Assembly (NCBI RefSeq): GCF_048403405.1
Contig: NZ_CP183129.1
Source: Escherichia coli
Lineage (GTDB): Bacteria > Pseudomonadota > Gammaproteobacteria > Enterobacterales > Enterobacteriaceae
DNA: 64,000 nt
Strand: one strand, 5' to 3'
Shown: one piece after another, positions 11,636 to 21,473 of the stretch
Layout: the number at the start of each line of letters is the position of its first letter
Numbering within the stretch: position 1 is the first letter of the stretch
The notes under the pieces: generated by a model
What the model was told of the DNA's origin: nothing
What the model saw: the letters and a program-made list of their open reading frames with translations, nothing else
The model's database searches: none
Position numbers and translations under genes: made by a program

Positions 11636-12217
11636 TTAACCAAAAATTTCCACAAGATGCTTGCGATATTCTTCAGTATAGCGGGGAACATCAGGCATTT
11701 TTATCACGTCATTAGCGATAAATGTCGGCAGCGGTTCCATGCCAAGGAATTGGTTTGCTTTATGGAACGGCAGATACACACCGTCAACGCCAACGCCGTG
11801 GAAGAACTGATCTTTTTCGGTGAAGGCTTCCATTGGTGCGTTCCAGGTCAGAGAAAGCATATATTTTTTGCCCTGTACCAGGCCGCCGGAACCGTATTTT
11901 TTCGACGGATCTTTGCGGGTACGACCATCGCTGGCATACAGCGTCCCGTGACCTTCGGTGAATACATCATCAATGTATTTTTTCACTGTCCACGGCGCGC
12001 CCATCCACCAGCCTGGCATCTGCCAGATCACCACATCAGCCCAGAGAAAGTTTTGTACTTCCGCTTTGACATCGTAGTCGCTGTCGGCGCGAACGATGCG
12101 GACATCATGCCCGAGGTCGCGCAACGTGCCATCCGCGACTTCGGTCAGGGTGTCGTTCAGTTGACCATTGGAGTGGGCGAATTTTTTCGCGCCGTTGATA
12201 ATCAGGATGTTGCTCAT
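11636..12217 (-). CDS. mdaB: NADPH:quinone oxidoreductase MdaB
   Basis: 193 aa; flavodoxin-like quinone reductase; synteny. Confidence 0.93.
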   Translation of the reverse strand: MSNILIINGAKKFAHSNGQLNDTLTEVADGTLRDLGHDVRIVRADSDYDVKAEVQNFLWADVVIWQMPGWWMGAPWTVKKYIDDVFTEGHGTLYASDGRTRKDPSKKYGSGGLVQGKKYMLSLTWNAPMEAFTEKDQFFHGVGVDGVYLPFHKANQFLGMEPLPTFIANDVIKMPDVPRYTEEYRKHLVEIFG

Positions 12218-12278
12218 TTTTTAACCTCAAGGTGAGACGTTTGTCGACTATAGTACGTCACAGAGCGGTACGGTGAAA

Positions 12279-12318
12279 TTAGCAAAATGTGCAAAGTCTT
12301 TTGCTAATTTAGCAAAAG
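12279..12318. promoter_or_regulatory. Candidate operator: perfect 10-1-10 palindrome plus a third half-site, upstream of mdaB
   Basis: cttttgctaa-t-ttagcaaaag at 12298-12318 is a perfect inverted repeat; a third copy, ttagcaaaat, lies at 12279-12288; located 60-100 bp upstream of the mdaB start codon. Confidence 0.4.
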
Positions 12319-12466
12319 TCTGATCTTGCTCTGATTCACCGATGCGGGATAAATATTTTCTGAAAATGACAATACTGAAATCAACTTCCTATAAGTTCCC
12401 ACAGGAGAGATGTATTATGTAAATGATAAAGTAGTTTTTCGGAAAAAATAATCATGGAGAATATAT

Positions 12467-12946
12467 ATGTCAAATATCATATACTTATCAATTAAAGGAA
12501 AAACACAAGGTTTGATCTCTGAGGGCTGTGGTTCGTATGCATCTATTGGTAATAAATATCAAATAAATCATGTGGATGAAATTTTTGTTTTACAGTTCGA
12601 CCATTCTTTAAGTCGAGAATATAATGTAGTGCATCATCCCATAAAATTTTACAAGCCAATAGATAAATCCTCTCCTTTATTAAATGCTGCTCTTTCTGAA
12701 AATGAAGAGTTATCAGCTGTATTTAATTTTTATAGAATTAATTCTGGCGGTTGTATTGAAAGGTTTTACACAATTGAATTGCAAGGGGCATATTTATCGA
12801 ATATTCTGACTTGTTATCCACACTCAATTACACATGCGGGTAATCAACCGGAAGAGGTCATTGTTCTTAATTATAAAAATATAACATGGAAGCACCATAT
12901 CGCGAGTACGGAATCATATAGCTGTTGGGAAGAAAGGATTTTTTAA
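12467..12946 (+). CDS. hcp: Type VI secretion Hcp-family protein (orphan hcp)
   Basis: 159 aa; Hcp-like blocks IYLSIKGKTQGLISEGC, HHPIKFYKPIDKSSPLL and NYKNITWKHH; GGAGA ribosome-binding site 6 nt upstream; AT-rich gene. Confidence 0.8.
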   Translation: MSNIIYLSIKGKTQGLISEGCGSYASIGNKYQINHVDEIFVLQFDHSLSREYNVVHHPIKFYKPIDKSSPLLNAALSENEELSAVFNFYRINSGGCIERFYTIELQGAYLSNILTCYPHSITHAGNQPEEVIVLNYKNITWKHHIASTESYSCWEERIF

Positions 12947-12948
12947 AT

Positions 12949-13659
12949 ATGAAAAGCGATCTCACTATAAAAAATAGATATTGTACAATTCCACAAACGA
13001 AGTTCCGTAAATGGGATGAAATGGACGTTTTACTCTGGAAGTTAGGAAAAAATGATTCGCGTCGCCGTTCAGGAGTATATTATTTAAATGCTTATAAAGA
13101 TGCATATGTACAATATAATAGGGACAAAATAATTAAACATGCATATGCCGCAGGGATTCGTCCAGAGTTATTGGGCGGCGTGGCCTGGATTGAGTCAGGA
13201 GGTATGCCTGAAAATTATAAGTTTCAGATATATGAAACAAAAAGAATGATCGGATCGTTAGATATGCCTGAAAATAAAACATCATTTGGCTCAATGGGTA
13301 TACAAATACGAACCGCAGCGATTACTCTAGGCCTTGACCCTTCAGAATTAACTACCAGAAATCAGTTAGAGTTAGCGACATGCCTGATGGAAGATGATTT
13401 TACCTTTAAAATTGCTGCTACTCATTTAAGAGATCTTGCCCTTTTTGATTATCCCTCTTCGGCAACACTGTATATGACGAATGAGCAGTATATTATGGCT
13501 GGTATTAGATATAATCGTGGTGTTGAACGAGATTTGGGTTTTTTTATTTATTTAATTAATAATTTGCCTGCGCGTGATACAGATGATTATAAATTCATCT
13601 CTTATGGTATGAGGTTGTTAGAGATTAGAGAACATATCAAAAAATTGATCAATGAGTAA
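12949..13659 (+). CDS. Hypothetical protein with lysozyme/lytic-transglycosylase-like motifs; candidate Hcp-associated cell-wall-targeting effector
   Basis: Start set at the ATG at 12949 (GAAAGGA ribosome-binding site) 2 nt after the hcp stop; motifs WIESGG, FGSMGIQI and IRYNRG resemble the soluble-lytic-transglycosylase E-S / GLMQ / AYNAG pattern; function is inferred. Confidence 0.5.
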   Translation: MKSDLTIKNRYCTIPQTKFRKWDEMDVLLWKLGKNDSRRRSGVYYLNAYKDAYVQYNRDKIIKHAYAAGIRPELLGGVAWIESGGMPENYKFQIYETKRMIGSLDMPENKTSFGSMGIQIRTAAITLGLDPSELTTRNQLELATCLMEDDFTFKIAATHLRDLALFDYPSSATLYMTNEQYIMAGIRYNRGVERDLGFFIYLINNLPARDTDDYKFISYGMRLLEIREHIKKLINE

Positions 13660-13665
13660 TCAGAG

Positions 13666-13995
13666 ATGTTAAAAAAACAACTACTATCAATATTTGAAGC
13701 ACTATTATACATAATGCTTACTTATTGGTTAATAGATGCTTTTTTTGCTTTCAATAAGTATGACTGGATGCTTGAGTCGGGAGACAATATTTGCAGTATA
13801 CCTTCCGTTTCAGGCGAAGATCGTATATTGCAAGCAATGATTGCAGCATTTTTTCTTCTGACGCCACTTATTATTCTTATCTTAAGAAAACTCTTTATGC
13901 GGGAAATGTTCGAGTTTTGGCTATATGTATTCACGCTCGTTATTTGTTTGGTTTGTGGTTGGTGGCTTTTTTGGGGACGGTTTATATTTTGCTAA
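13666..13995 (+). CDS. ygiZ: Small inner-membrane protein (about 3 transmembrane helices); K-12 YgiZ occupies this position; candidate immunity protein
   Basis: 109 aa with three hydrophobic segments; starts 7 nt after the preceding gene; K-12 has the about 110 aa membrane protein YgiZ between mdaB and qseC (recollection); the immunity role is inferred. Confidence 0.6.
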   Translation: MLKKQLLSIFEALLYIMLTYWLIDAFFAFNKYDWMLESGDNICSIPSVSGEDRILQAMIAAFFLLTPLIILILRKLFMREMFEFWLYVFTLVICLVCGWWLFWGRFIFC

Positions 13996-14005
13996 TAGTA
14001 AAATC

Positions 14006-14033
14006 TATGAGAGTCGTTTTAACGGCTCTCATA
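14006..14033. terminator. Hairpin between convergent ygiZ-like gene and qseC
   Basis: Inverted repeat tatgagag(tcg)/(cgg)ctctcata with a 6-nt loop; a U-tract follows only on the minus-strand transcript. Confidence 0.4.
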
Positions 14034-14043
14034 GACAGAGAAG

Positions 14044-15393
14044 TTACCAGCTCACCTTCGCCTCAAATCCACCTTGTTCCGCATTCCCAAACTCAACATT
14101 CATGCCATGCAATTTGGCGATTCGCTGGACAATCGATAGCCCAAGTCCACTGCCGGTAGCGGTTTGTCCGGGTGGGCGATAGAAGCGTTCGCCAATTCTC
14201 GCCAGTGCCTCTGGCGTCACACCGGGGCCGTTATCCCTCACGATGAAATTTTCGGCATTCAGCGTGACGTCCACCACGCTGCCCTGTGGACTGTAGCGCA
14301 CGGCGTTATCCAGAAGGTTTCGTACCAACAAACTTAGCAACAGCGGTTGTCCGGTGCGTTTGATGCCGTGGGCATTGAGTGTCAGTCGCACGTCAATTTT
14401 CGCCTGCTGCGCCGTGTGGTAAATATCCATCACCGATGATTGCAGGAGATCTTCAAGCGGGATCTCCGCGACGTCCTGAAGGTTATCCAGTGAGTCCAGC
14501 CGCGATAGCGTGAGCAGTTGATCAACCAGACGAGTAGCACGATCGATTCCGGAATGTAATTGAAGCAGCGCTTTTTTCCGCGCCTGCGGATCATCGTCAG
14601 AGAGCTGCGCAACTTCGGTTTGCACTTTCAGCGCCGTTAACGGGCTACGTAGTTCGTGAGCTGCGTCGGAGGTAAAACGTCGTTCACGAACCATCATCGC
14701 ATGTGTGCGGGCGAACAGTTGATTCAACGACTCAACCAGTGGACGCACTTCGCTGGGTACGCCCGTCGCGTTTAGTGGTTTTTCCGAGTCAGGGTCACGC
14801 ATACGTAGTGCCAGCGCCAGTTTGTTCAGCGGCGCGAGTTCACGACCCAGTAGTACCATCATGATGATTAACATAATCGGCAGTGCGACAAGCCACGGGA
14901 TCAATTGCCCGGCAACAATCGCCAGCGCCATGTCTTCGCGGTATTCCCATTCCTGACCAACAACGATGCGATATTTGCCATCAGGTGAGGTCATCCAGAC
15001 AAAACGCCAGGGATCGTCTTCACCGACCAGTTGCCCGTCAGCAAAACCTTCCCGTTGATAGCTATAGGGAATATCTTCTCCGTTATCGCCATCGTTAAGG
15101 ACCATTCTGCCGTCGTGGGTAAAGATGGCAAAGGTCAGCGCATCGTCATCAACATGACCGTGTTTTAATTTATTTGGCGTCTGTGCCATGCGATCTGCCG
15201 CGTTGATTTCGTTGAGATCGAGCGTACTTAACCGCTTGGCAAACAGCATCAGTTGGGTGTCGAACAACTCATCGACGTTATCCGTTGTTTGTTTCCAGGC
15301 GACAAAGCTGGAAAGCAGCCAGGTCACTGAGGCCAGAATTAAAAAGATTAGCGTCAGCCTGACTCGCAGACTAAGACGTTGGGTAAATTTCAT
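14044..15393 (-). CDS. qseC: Sensor histidine kinase QseC
   Basis: 449 aa; two transmembrane segments; H-box HELRSPL; ATPase domain; 4-bp overlap with qseB. Confidence 0.95.
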   Translation of the reverse strand: MKFTQRLSLRVRLTLIFLILASVTWLLSSFVAWKQTTDNVDELFDTQLMLFAKRLSTLDLNEINAADRMAQTPNKLKHGHVDDDALTFAIFTHDGRMVLNDGDNGEDIPYSYQREGFADGQLVGEDDPWRFVWMTSPDGKYRIVVGQEWEYREDMALAIVAGQLIPWLVALPIMLIIMMVLLGRELAPLNKLALALRMRDPDSEKPLNATGVPSEVRPLVESLNQLFARTHAMMVRERRFTSDAAHELRSPLTALKVQTEVAQLSDDDPQARKKALLQLHSGIDRATRLVDQLLTLSRLDSLDNLQDVAEIPLEDLLQSSVMDIYHTAQQAKIDVRLTLNAHGIKRTGQPLLLSLLVRNLLDNAVRYSPQGSVVDVTLNAENFIVRDNGPGVTPEALARIGERFYRPPGQTATGSGLGLSIVQRIAKLHGMNVEFGNAEQGGFEAKVSW

Positions 15394-16049
15394 TTCTCAC
15401 CTAATGTGTAGCCAATACCATGAACGGTACGAATAAAATCACTGCCGAGTTTGCGTCGCAGATGATGCACATGCACTTCAACGGCATTACTGGTGACCTC
15501 TTCGTCCCAGGTATACAGTTTCTCTTCAATCAGTTTGCGCGGCAGTACCCGACCAGCGTTACGCATCAGTAATTCCAGCAGGGCAAATTCTTTTGGTTTC
15601 AGTGTTAAGGGTTCGCCAGCCAGCGTGGCGATACGTTTGCCGGGGTCGAGCATGACGTTACCGTGGCGCAGTTCGTTGCTGGCCTGGCCGTTGGTTCGGC
15701 GCATCAGAGCTTCCAGCCTGGCGGCGACTTCTATCAACGCAAAAGGTTTACACAGATAATCGTCAGCTCCCAGACGCAGCCCCTCTACACGTTCCGCTAA
15801 CGCATCGCGCGCGGTCAGGATCAGTACCGGCTCACGCTGACCTTTTTCTCGCCATTCGCGCAAAATATCGCGACCATCCATGCCTGGTAAGGTTAAATCC
15901 AGGATCACCGCATCATAAGGCGCACTATATAGCGCCTCTTTTCCCTGACGACCTTGTGTAAACCAGTCGACGCTAAAACCCATTTTACTAAGGCCCGTTT
16001 TGATGCCGTCGCCAATCAGCATGTCATCTTCTATCAGTAAAATTCGCAT
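15390..16049 (-). CDS. qseB: Response regulator QseB (OmpR family)
   Basis: 219 aa; receiver domain (DLTLPGMDG) and winged-helix C-terminus. Confidence 0.95.
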   Translation of the reverse strand: MRILLIEDDMLIGDGIKTGLSKMGFSVDWFTQGRQGKEALYSAPYDAVILDLTLPGMDGRDILREWREKGQREPVLILTARDALAERVEGLRLGADDYLCKPFALIEVAARLEALMRRTNGQASNELRHGNVMLDPGKRIATLAGEPLTLKPKEFALLELLMRNAGRVLPRKLIEEKLYTWDEEVTSNAVEVHVHHLRRKLGSDFIRTVHGIGYTLGEK

Positions 16050-16200
16050 TTTTTCATCCCTGCGATAACCGTATTTGCTGCCAGTAAACCGTGTTGTAAC
16101 GCGCTCTGTACAGCATTAAATTTTATTTTTTTCCCTTAAGAAGTTGTTAAGGACTATCTTGTTAAATGCTCGGAAACAGACATTAAAGGGAGTAATAAAC

Positions 16201-16593
16201 ATGAAAAAATTCGCAGCAGTAATCGCAGTAATGGCCCTGTGCAGCGCACCGGTGATGGCAGCAGAGCAGGGCGGTTTTTCTGGCCCATCGGCAACGCAAA
16301 GTCAGGCCGGAGGATTCCAGGGGCCGAACGGCAGCGTAACGACCGTAGAAAGCGCAAAATCCCTGCGTGACGACACCTGGGTAACCCTGCGCGGCAATAT
16401 CGTTGAACGCATCTCTGACGATCTCTACGTGTTCAAAGATGCCAGCGGTACTATCAATGTTGATATCGACCACAAACGCTGGAACGGCGTGACGGTGACG
16501 CCGAAAGATACGGTTGAGATTCAGGGTGAAGTCGATAAAGACTGGAATTCTGTTGAAATTGACGTCAAACAGATCCGCAAAGTAAATCCGTAA
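16201..16593 (+). CDS. ygiW: Periplasmic OB-fold protein YgiW
   Basis: Start set at the ATG at 16201 with an AGGGAG ribosome-binding site, giving 130 aa with a signal peptide (MKKFAAVIAVMALCSAPVMA); the tracked ORF has an unsupported N-terminal extension. Confidence 0.9.
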   Translation: MKKFAAVIAVMALCSAPVMAAEQGGFSGPSATQSQAGGFQGPNGSVTTVESAKSLRDDTWVTLRGNIVERISDDLYVFKDASGTINVDIDHKRWNGVTVTPKDTVEIQGEVDKDWNSVEIDVKQIRKVNP

Positions 16594-16603
16594 TTGTTAC
16601 CGC

Positions 16604-16624
16604 TCCCGGGACGCATTCCCGGGA
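16604..16624 (+). terminator. Hairpin downstream of ygiW
   Basis: Palindromic stem tcccggga/tcccggga with a 5-nt loop; weak T tract. Confidence 0.4.
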
Positions 16625-16645
16625 ATAATTTCGCAGGGAGGCAAA

Positions 16646-17128
16646 ATGACAAACCTGACACTGGATGTAAATATTATCGATTTCCCATCAATCCCTGTGG
16701 CGATGTTGCCGCACCGCTGTAGCCCTGAGTTGCTCAACTACAGCGTGGCGAAATTTATCATGTGGCGTAAAGAGACGGGGCTTTCTCCTGTTAACCAAAG
16801 CCAGACTTTTGGCGTCGCCTGGGACGACCCTGCCACCACCGCACCGGAAGCGTTTCGCTTTGATATCTGCGGCAGCGTTAGCGAACCGATCCCCGATAAT
16901 CGTTATGGTGTGAGTAATGGTGAACTTACCGGTGGACGTTATGCTGTGGCCCGCCATGTTGGCGAGCTGGACGATATTTCACACACGATATGGGGCATCA
17001 TTCGCCACTGGCTACCTGCAAGCGGCGAGAAAATGCGTAAAGCACCGATTCTGTTTCACTACACCAATCTTGCCGAAGGAGTGACAGAGCAGCGACTGGA
17101 AACGGATGTTTATGTACCGTTAGCGTGA
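16646..17128 (+). CDS. ygiV: GyrI-like effector-binding domain protein YgiV
   Basis: 160 aa; synteny next to ygiW/qseBC. Confidence 0.88.
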   Translation: MTNLTLDVNIIDFPSIPVAMLPHRCSPELLNYSVAKFIMWRKETGLSPVNQSQTFGVAWDDPATTAPEAFRFDICGSVSEPIPDNRYGVSNGELTGGRYAVARHVGELDDISHTIWGIIRHWLPASGEKMRKAPILFHYTNLAEGVTEQRLETDVYVPLA

Positions 17129-17236
17129 TGGAGAATCTTTACCGGAGTGTGAGCCACATCACTCGCGATAAGTTTGAGCGAACAATGCCACAGGCGTATT
17201 GTTGTCGGGCTTATAATTTCTCCGGTAAGGAATACC

Positions 17237-18844
17237 ATGTATACGCGAAATTTATTATGGCTGGTCAGCCTGGTAAGTGCGGCTCCTCTCTACGCTGCTG
17301 ACGTTCCCGCCAACACACCGCTCGCCCCGCAACAAGTCTTTCGTTACAACAATCATAGCGACCCAGGTACGCTCGACCCGCAAAAGGTAGAGGAGAATAC
17401 TGCCGCGCAGATTGTGCTGGATCTGTTTGAAGGTCTGGTATGGATGGACGGTGAAGGCCAGGTGCAGCCCGCTCAGGCTGAACGCTGGGAGATACTGGAC
17501 GGCGGCAAGCGCTATATTTTCCATCTGCGTAGCGGTTTGCAGTGGTCAGACGGTCAGCCTCTGACGGCAGAGGATTTTGTCCTCGGCTGGCAGCGCGCGG
17601 TTGACCCGAAAACGGCAAGCCCTTTTGCTGGCTATCTGGCACAGGCGCACATTAACAATGCCGCGGCTATTGTTGCGGGTAAAGCAGATGTTACATCGCT
17701 GGGTGTCAAAGCGATGGATGATCGTACTCTTGAAGTTACGCTTGAGCAGCCGGTTCCTTGGTTCACGACGATGCTCGCCTGGCCGACGCTGTTCCCGGTT
17801 CCCCATCATGTCATCGCGAAATATGGCGATAGCTGGAGTAAGCCTGCGCATATGGTTTACAACGGTGCCTTTGTGCTTGAACAGTGGGTAGTTAACGAAA
17901 AGATTACTGCACGCAAAAATCCAAAGTACCGCGATGCGCAACATACAGTATTGCAACAGGTTGAGTATCTGGCGCTGGATAATTCGGTCACCGGCTATAA
18001 CCGCTATCGCGCGGGAGAGGTCGATCTCACCTGGGTTCCGGCGCAGCAAATTCCCACCATTGAAAAATCACTGCCTGGCGAGCTACGAATTATCCCGCGT
18101 CTGAACAGCGAATATTACAACTTTAACCTTGAGAAACCGCCATTTAACGATGTGCGGGTGCGTCGGGCGCTATATCTTACGGTTGATCGACAGCTTATTG
18201 CGCAAAAGGTACTGGGGTTGAGAACGCCCGCAACCACGCTGACGCCGCCAGAGGTAAAAGGCTTTAGCGCGACGACGTTCGATGAACTGCAAAAGCCAAT
18301 GAGTGAGCGTGTCGCGATGGCAAAAGCCTTGCTGAAACAGGCGGGATACGACGCCTCTCATCCGCTACGCTTTGAGCTGTTCTACAACAAGTACGATCTG
18401 CATGAAAAAACCGCGATAGCGTTGTCTTCCGAATGGAAAAAATGGCTGGGTGCACAGGTGACGCTGCGCACAATGGAGTGGAAAACTTATCTTGATGCCC
18501 GACGAGCCGGTGATTTCATGCTGTCGCGGCAGTCGTGGGATGCGACGTATAATGATGCTTCCAGCTTCCTGAACACGCTCAAAAGCGATAGTGAAGAAAA
18601 CGTCGGTCACTGGAAAAATGCGCAGTATGACGCCTTACTAAACCAGGCCACGCAGATCACTGATGCGACAAAGCGTAATGCGTTGTATCAGCAGGCAGAA
18701 GTGATCATCAACCAACAGGCACCGCTGATTCCTATCTACTATCAGCCGTTAATCAAACTGCTTAAACCCTACGTTGGCGGTTTTCCGCTGCATAATCCCC
18801 AGGATTATGTCTACAGCAAAGAGTTGTATATCAAGGCACATTGA
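17237..18844 (+). CDS. ygiS: Periplasmic solute-binding protein YgiS (family 5, oligopeptide-type)
   Basis: Start set at the internal ATG at 17237, giving 535 aa with a signal peptide (MYTRNLLWLVSLVSAAPLYA). Confidence 0.9.
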   Translation: MYTRNLLWLVSLVSAAPLYAADVPANTPLAPQQVFRYNNHSDPGTLDPQKVEENTAAQIVLDLFEGLVWMDGEGQVQPAQAERWEILDGGKRYIFHLRSGLQWSDGQPLTAEDFVLGWQRAVDPKTASPFAGYLAQAHINNAAAIVAGKADVTSLGVKAMDDRTLEVTLEQPVPWFTTMLAWPTLFPVPHHVIAKYGDSWSKPAHMVYNGAFVLEQWVVNEKITARKNPKYRDAQHTVLQQVEYLALDNSVTGYNRYRAGEVDLTWVPAQQIPTIEKSLPGELRIIPRLNSEYYNFNLEKPPFNDVRVRRALYLTVDRQLIAQKVLGLRTPATTLTPPEVKGFSATTFDELQKPMSERVAMAKALLKQAGYDASHPLRFELFYNKYDLHEKTAIALSSEWKKWLGAQVTLRTMEWKTYLDARRAGDFMLSRQSWDATYNDASSFLNTLKSDSEENVGHWKNAQYDALLNQATQITDATKRNALYQQAEVIINQQAPLIPIYYQPLIKLLKPYVGGFPLHNPQDYVYSKELYIKAH

Positions 18845-18981
18845 TGCCTTTATCGCCGTCGGAGCACGTCCGGCGGCGCTATTCACGCTGATCTCCTGTG
18901 ACTCGACGCGGCAGATAATGTAGTATCTCCGGCAATATTGCCCCTTTGAAGGCTGGCGAATAAGTTGAGGAATCAGAATTA

Positions 18982-21240
18982 ATGAGCGATATGGCAGAGC
19001 GCCTTGCGCTACATGAATTTACGGAAAACGCCTACTTAAACTACTCCATGTACGTGATCATGGACCGTGCGTTGCCGTTTATTGGTGATGGTCTGAAACC
19101 TGTTCAGCGCCGCATTGTGTATGCGATGTCTGAGCTGGGCCTGAATGCCAGCGCCAAATTTAAAAAATCGGCCCGTACCGTCGGTGACGTACTGGGTAAA
19201 TACCATCCGCACGGCGATATCGCCTGTTATGAAGCGATGGTCCTGATGGCGCAGCCGTTCTCTTACCGTTATCCGCTGGTTGATGGTCAGGGGAACTGGG
19301 GCACGCCGGACGATCCGAAATCGTTCGCAGCAATGCGTTACACCGAATCCCGGTTGTCGAAATATTCCGAGCTGCTATTGAGCGAGCTGGGGCAGGGGAC
19401 GGCTGACTGGGTGCCAAACTTCGACGGCACTTTGCAGGAGCCGAAAATGCTACCTGCCCGTCTGCCAAACATTTTGCTTAACGGCACCACCGGTATTGCC
19501 GTCGGCATGGCGACCGATATTCCACCGCATAACCTGCGTGAAGTGGCTCAGGCGGCAATCGCATTAATCGACCAGCCGAAAACCACGCTCGACCAGCTGC
19601 TGGATATCGTGCAGGGGCCGGATTATCCGACTGAAGCGGAAATTATCACTTCGCGCGCCGAGATCCGTAAAATCTACGAGAACGGACGTGGTTCAGTGCG
19701 TATGCGCGCGGTTTGGAAGAAAGAAGATGGCGCGGTGGTTATCAGCGCATTGCCGCATCAGGTTTCAGGTGCGCGCGTACTGGAGCAAATTGCTGCGCAA
19801 ATGCGCAACAAAAAGCTGCCGATGGTTGACGATCTGCGCGATGAATCTGACCACGAGAACCCGACCCGTCTGGTGATTGTGCCGCGTTCCAACCGCGTGG
19901 ATATGGATCAGGTGATGAACCACCTCTTCGCAACCACCGATCTGGAAAAGAGCTATCGTATTAACCTCAATATGATCGGTCTGGATGGTCGTCCGGCGGT
20001 GAAAAACCTGCTGGAAATCCTCTCCGAATGGCTGGTGTTCCGCCGCGATACCGTGCGCCGCCGACTGAACTATCGTCTGGAGAAAGTCCTCAAGCGCCTG
20101 CATATCCTCGAAGGTTTGCTGGTGGCGTTTCTCAATATCGACGAAGTGATTGAGATCATTCGTAATGAAGATGAACCGAAACCGGCGCTGATGTCGCGGT
20201 TTGGCCTTACGGAAACCCAGGCGGAAGCGATCCTCGAACTGAAACTGCGTCATCTTGCCAAACTGGAAGAGATGAAGATTCGCGGTGAGCAGAGTGAGCT
20301 GGAAAAAGAGCGCGACCAGTTGCAGGGCATTTTGGCTTCCGAGCGTAAAATGAATAACCTGCTGAAGAAAGAACTGCAGGCAGACGCGCAAGCCTACGGT
20401 GACGAACGTCGTTCGCCGTTGCAGGAACGCGAAGAAGCGAAAGCGATGAGCGAGCACGACATGCTGCCGTCTGAACCTGTCACCATTGTGCTGTCGCAGA
20501 TGGGCTGGGTACGCAGCGCTAAAGGCCATGATATCGACGCGCCGGGCCTGAATTATAAAGCGGGTGATAGCTTCAAAGCGGCGGTGAAAGGTAAGAGCAA
20601 CCAACCGGTAGTTTTTGTTGATTCCACCGGTCGTAGCTATGCCATCGACCCGATTACGCTGCCGTCGGCGCGTGGTCAGGGCGAACCGCTCACCGGCAAA
20701 TTAACGTTGCCGCCTGGGGCGACCGTTGACCATATGCTGATGGAAAGCGACGATCAGAAACTGCTGATGGCTTCCGATGCGGGTTACGGTTTCGTCTGCA
20801 CCTTTAACGATCTGGTAGCGCGTAACCGTGCAGGTAAGGCTTTGATCACCTTACCGGAAAATGCCCATGTTATGCCGCCGGTGGTGATTGAAGATGCTTC
20901 CGATATGCTGCTGGCAATCACTCAGGCAGGCCGTATGTTGATGTTCCCGGTAAGCGATCTGCCGCAGTTGTCGAAGGGCAAAGGCAATAAGATTATCAAC
21001 ATTCCGTCGGCAGAAGCCGCGCGTGGCGAGGATGGTCTGGCGCAACTGTACGTTCTGCCGCCGCAAAGCACGCTGACCATTCATGTTGGGAAACGCAAAA
21101 TTAAACTGCGTCCGGAAGAGCTACAGAAAGTCACTGGCGAACGTGGACGCCGCGGTACGTTGATGCGCGGTTTGCAGCGTATCGATCGTGTTGAGATCGA
21201 CTCTCCTCGCCGTGCCAGCAGCGGTGATAGCGAAGAGTAA
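18982..21240 (+). CDS. parC: DNA topoisomerase IV subunit A
   Basis: 752 aa; GyrA-like N-terminus including the active-site region (AAMRYTE). Confidence 0.97.
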   Translation: MSDMAERLALHEFTENAYLNYSMYVIMDRALPFIGDGLKPVQRRIVYAMSELGLNASAKFKKSARTVGDVLGKYHPHGDIACYEAMVLMAQPFSYRYPLVDGQGNWGTPDDPKSFAAMRYTESRLSKYSELLLSELGQGTADWVPNFDGTLQEPKMLPARLPNILLNGTTGIAVGMATDIPPHNLREVAQAAIALIDQPKTTLDQLLDIVQGPDYPTEAEIITSRAEIRKIYENGRGSVRMRAVWKKEDGAVVISALPHQVSGARVLEQIAAQMRNKKLPMVDDLRDESDHENPTRLVIVPRSNRVDMDQVMNHLFATTDLEKSYRINLNMIGLDGRPAVKNLLEILSEWLVFRRDTVRRRLNYRLEKVLKRLHILEGLLVAFLNIDEVIEIIRNEDEPKPALMSRFGLTETQAEAILELKLRHLAKLEEMKIRGEQSELEKERDQLQGILASERKMNNLLKKELQADAQAYGDERRSPLQEREEAKAMSEHDMLPSEPVTIVLSQMGWVRSAKGHDIDAPGLNYKAGDSFKAAVKGKSNQPVVFVDSTGRSYAIDPITLPSARGQGEPLTGKLTLPPGATVDHMLMESDDQKLLMASDAGYGFVCTFNDLVARNRAGKALITLPENAHVMPPVVIEDASDMLLAITQAGRMLMFPVSDLPQLSKGKGNKIINIPSAEAARGEDGLAQLYVLPPQSTLTIHVGKRKIKLRPEELQKVTGERGRRGTLMRGLQRIDRVEIDSPRRASSGDSEE

Positions 21241-21473
21241 TATGTCGGGGAGGGCGCTGTTTCCTCCCGCTTGCAAGGAACGCCGGATGAAACGTTAAGT
21301 CGTCATCCGGCAGCGTATTCAACCCCCGGAAACGATAAAAATTCCCTTGAAACCGTTGTTTATTCATGCGTTGCGATTAACAATACGCTTTTCCAGAGAG
21401 CGGCTTTTAACAATGCCCTAACCTGATTTCAGGTGACGTACAATGCCAGTCTCTCAGACCTTCAGAGGGTGTT

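Noticed and set aside
11657-12235. 192 aa plus-strand ORF overlapping mdaB
   Set aside because: Opposite strand of mdaB, whose product has the expected length and family features; treated as a shadow ORF
12949-13995. Alternative reading of the lysozyme-like gene plus small membrane protein as a prophage endolysin-holin lysis cassette
   Set aside because: No other phage genes, integrase or att-like repeats nearby; gene order (enzyme before membrane protein) and the tight linkage to an Hcp gene fit a T6SS effector module better; kept as a minority possibility
16144-16200. N-terminal extensions of tracked ORFs (ygiW 16144, ygiS 17174, yqhD 29626, yqhC 29568, metC 32856, hybD/E/F, yghU 45995, glcC 63652, SBP 9352)
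   Set aside because: The longest-ORF starts lack ribosome-binding sites and produce non-native N-termini; internal ATG starts give signal peptides or lengths matching the known proteins
19765-20604. 279 aa minus-strand ORF inside parC
   Set aside because: Antisense to parC; low-complexity, Arg/His-rich translation typical of non-coding frames
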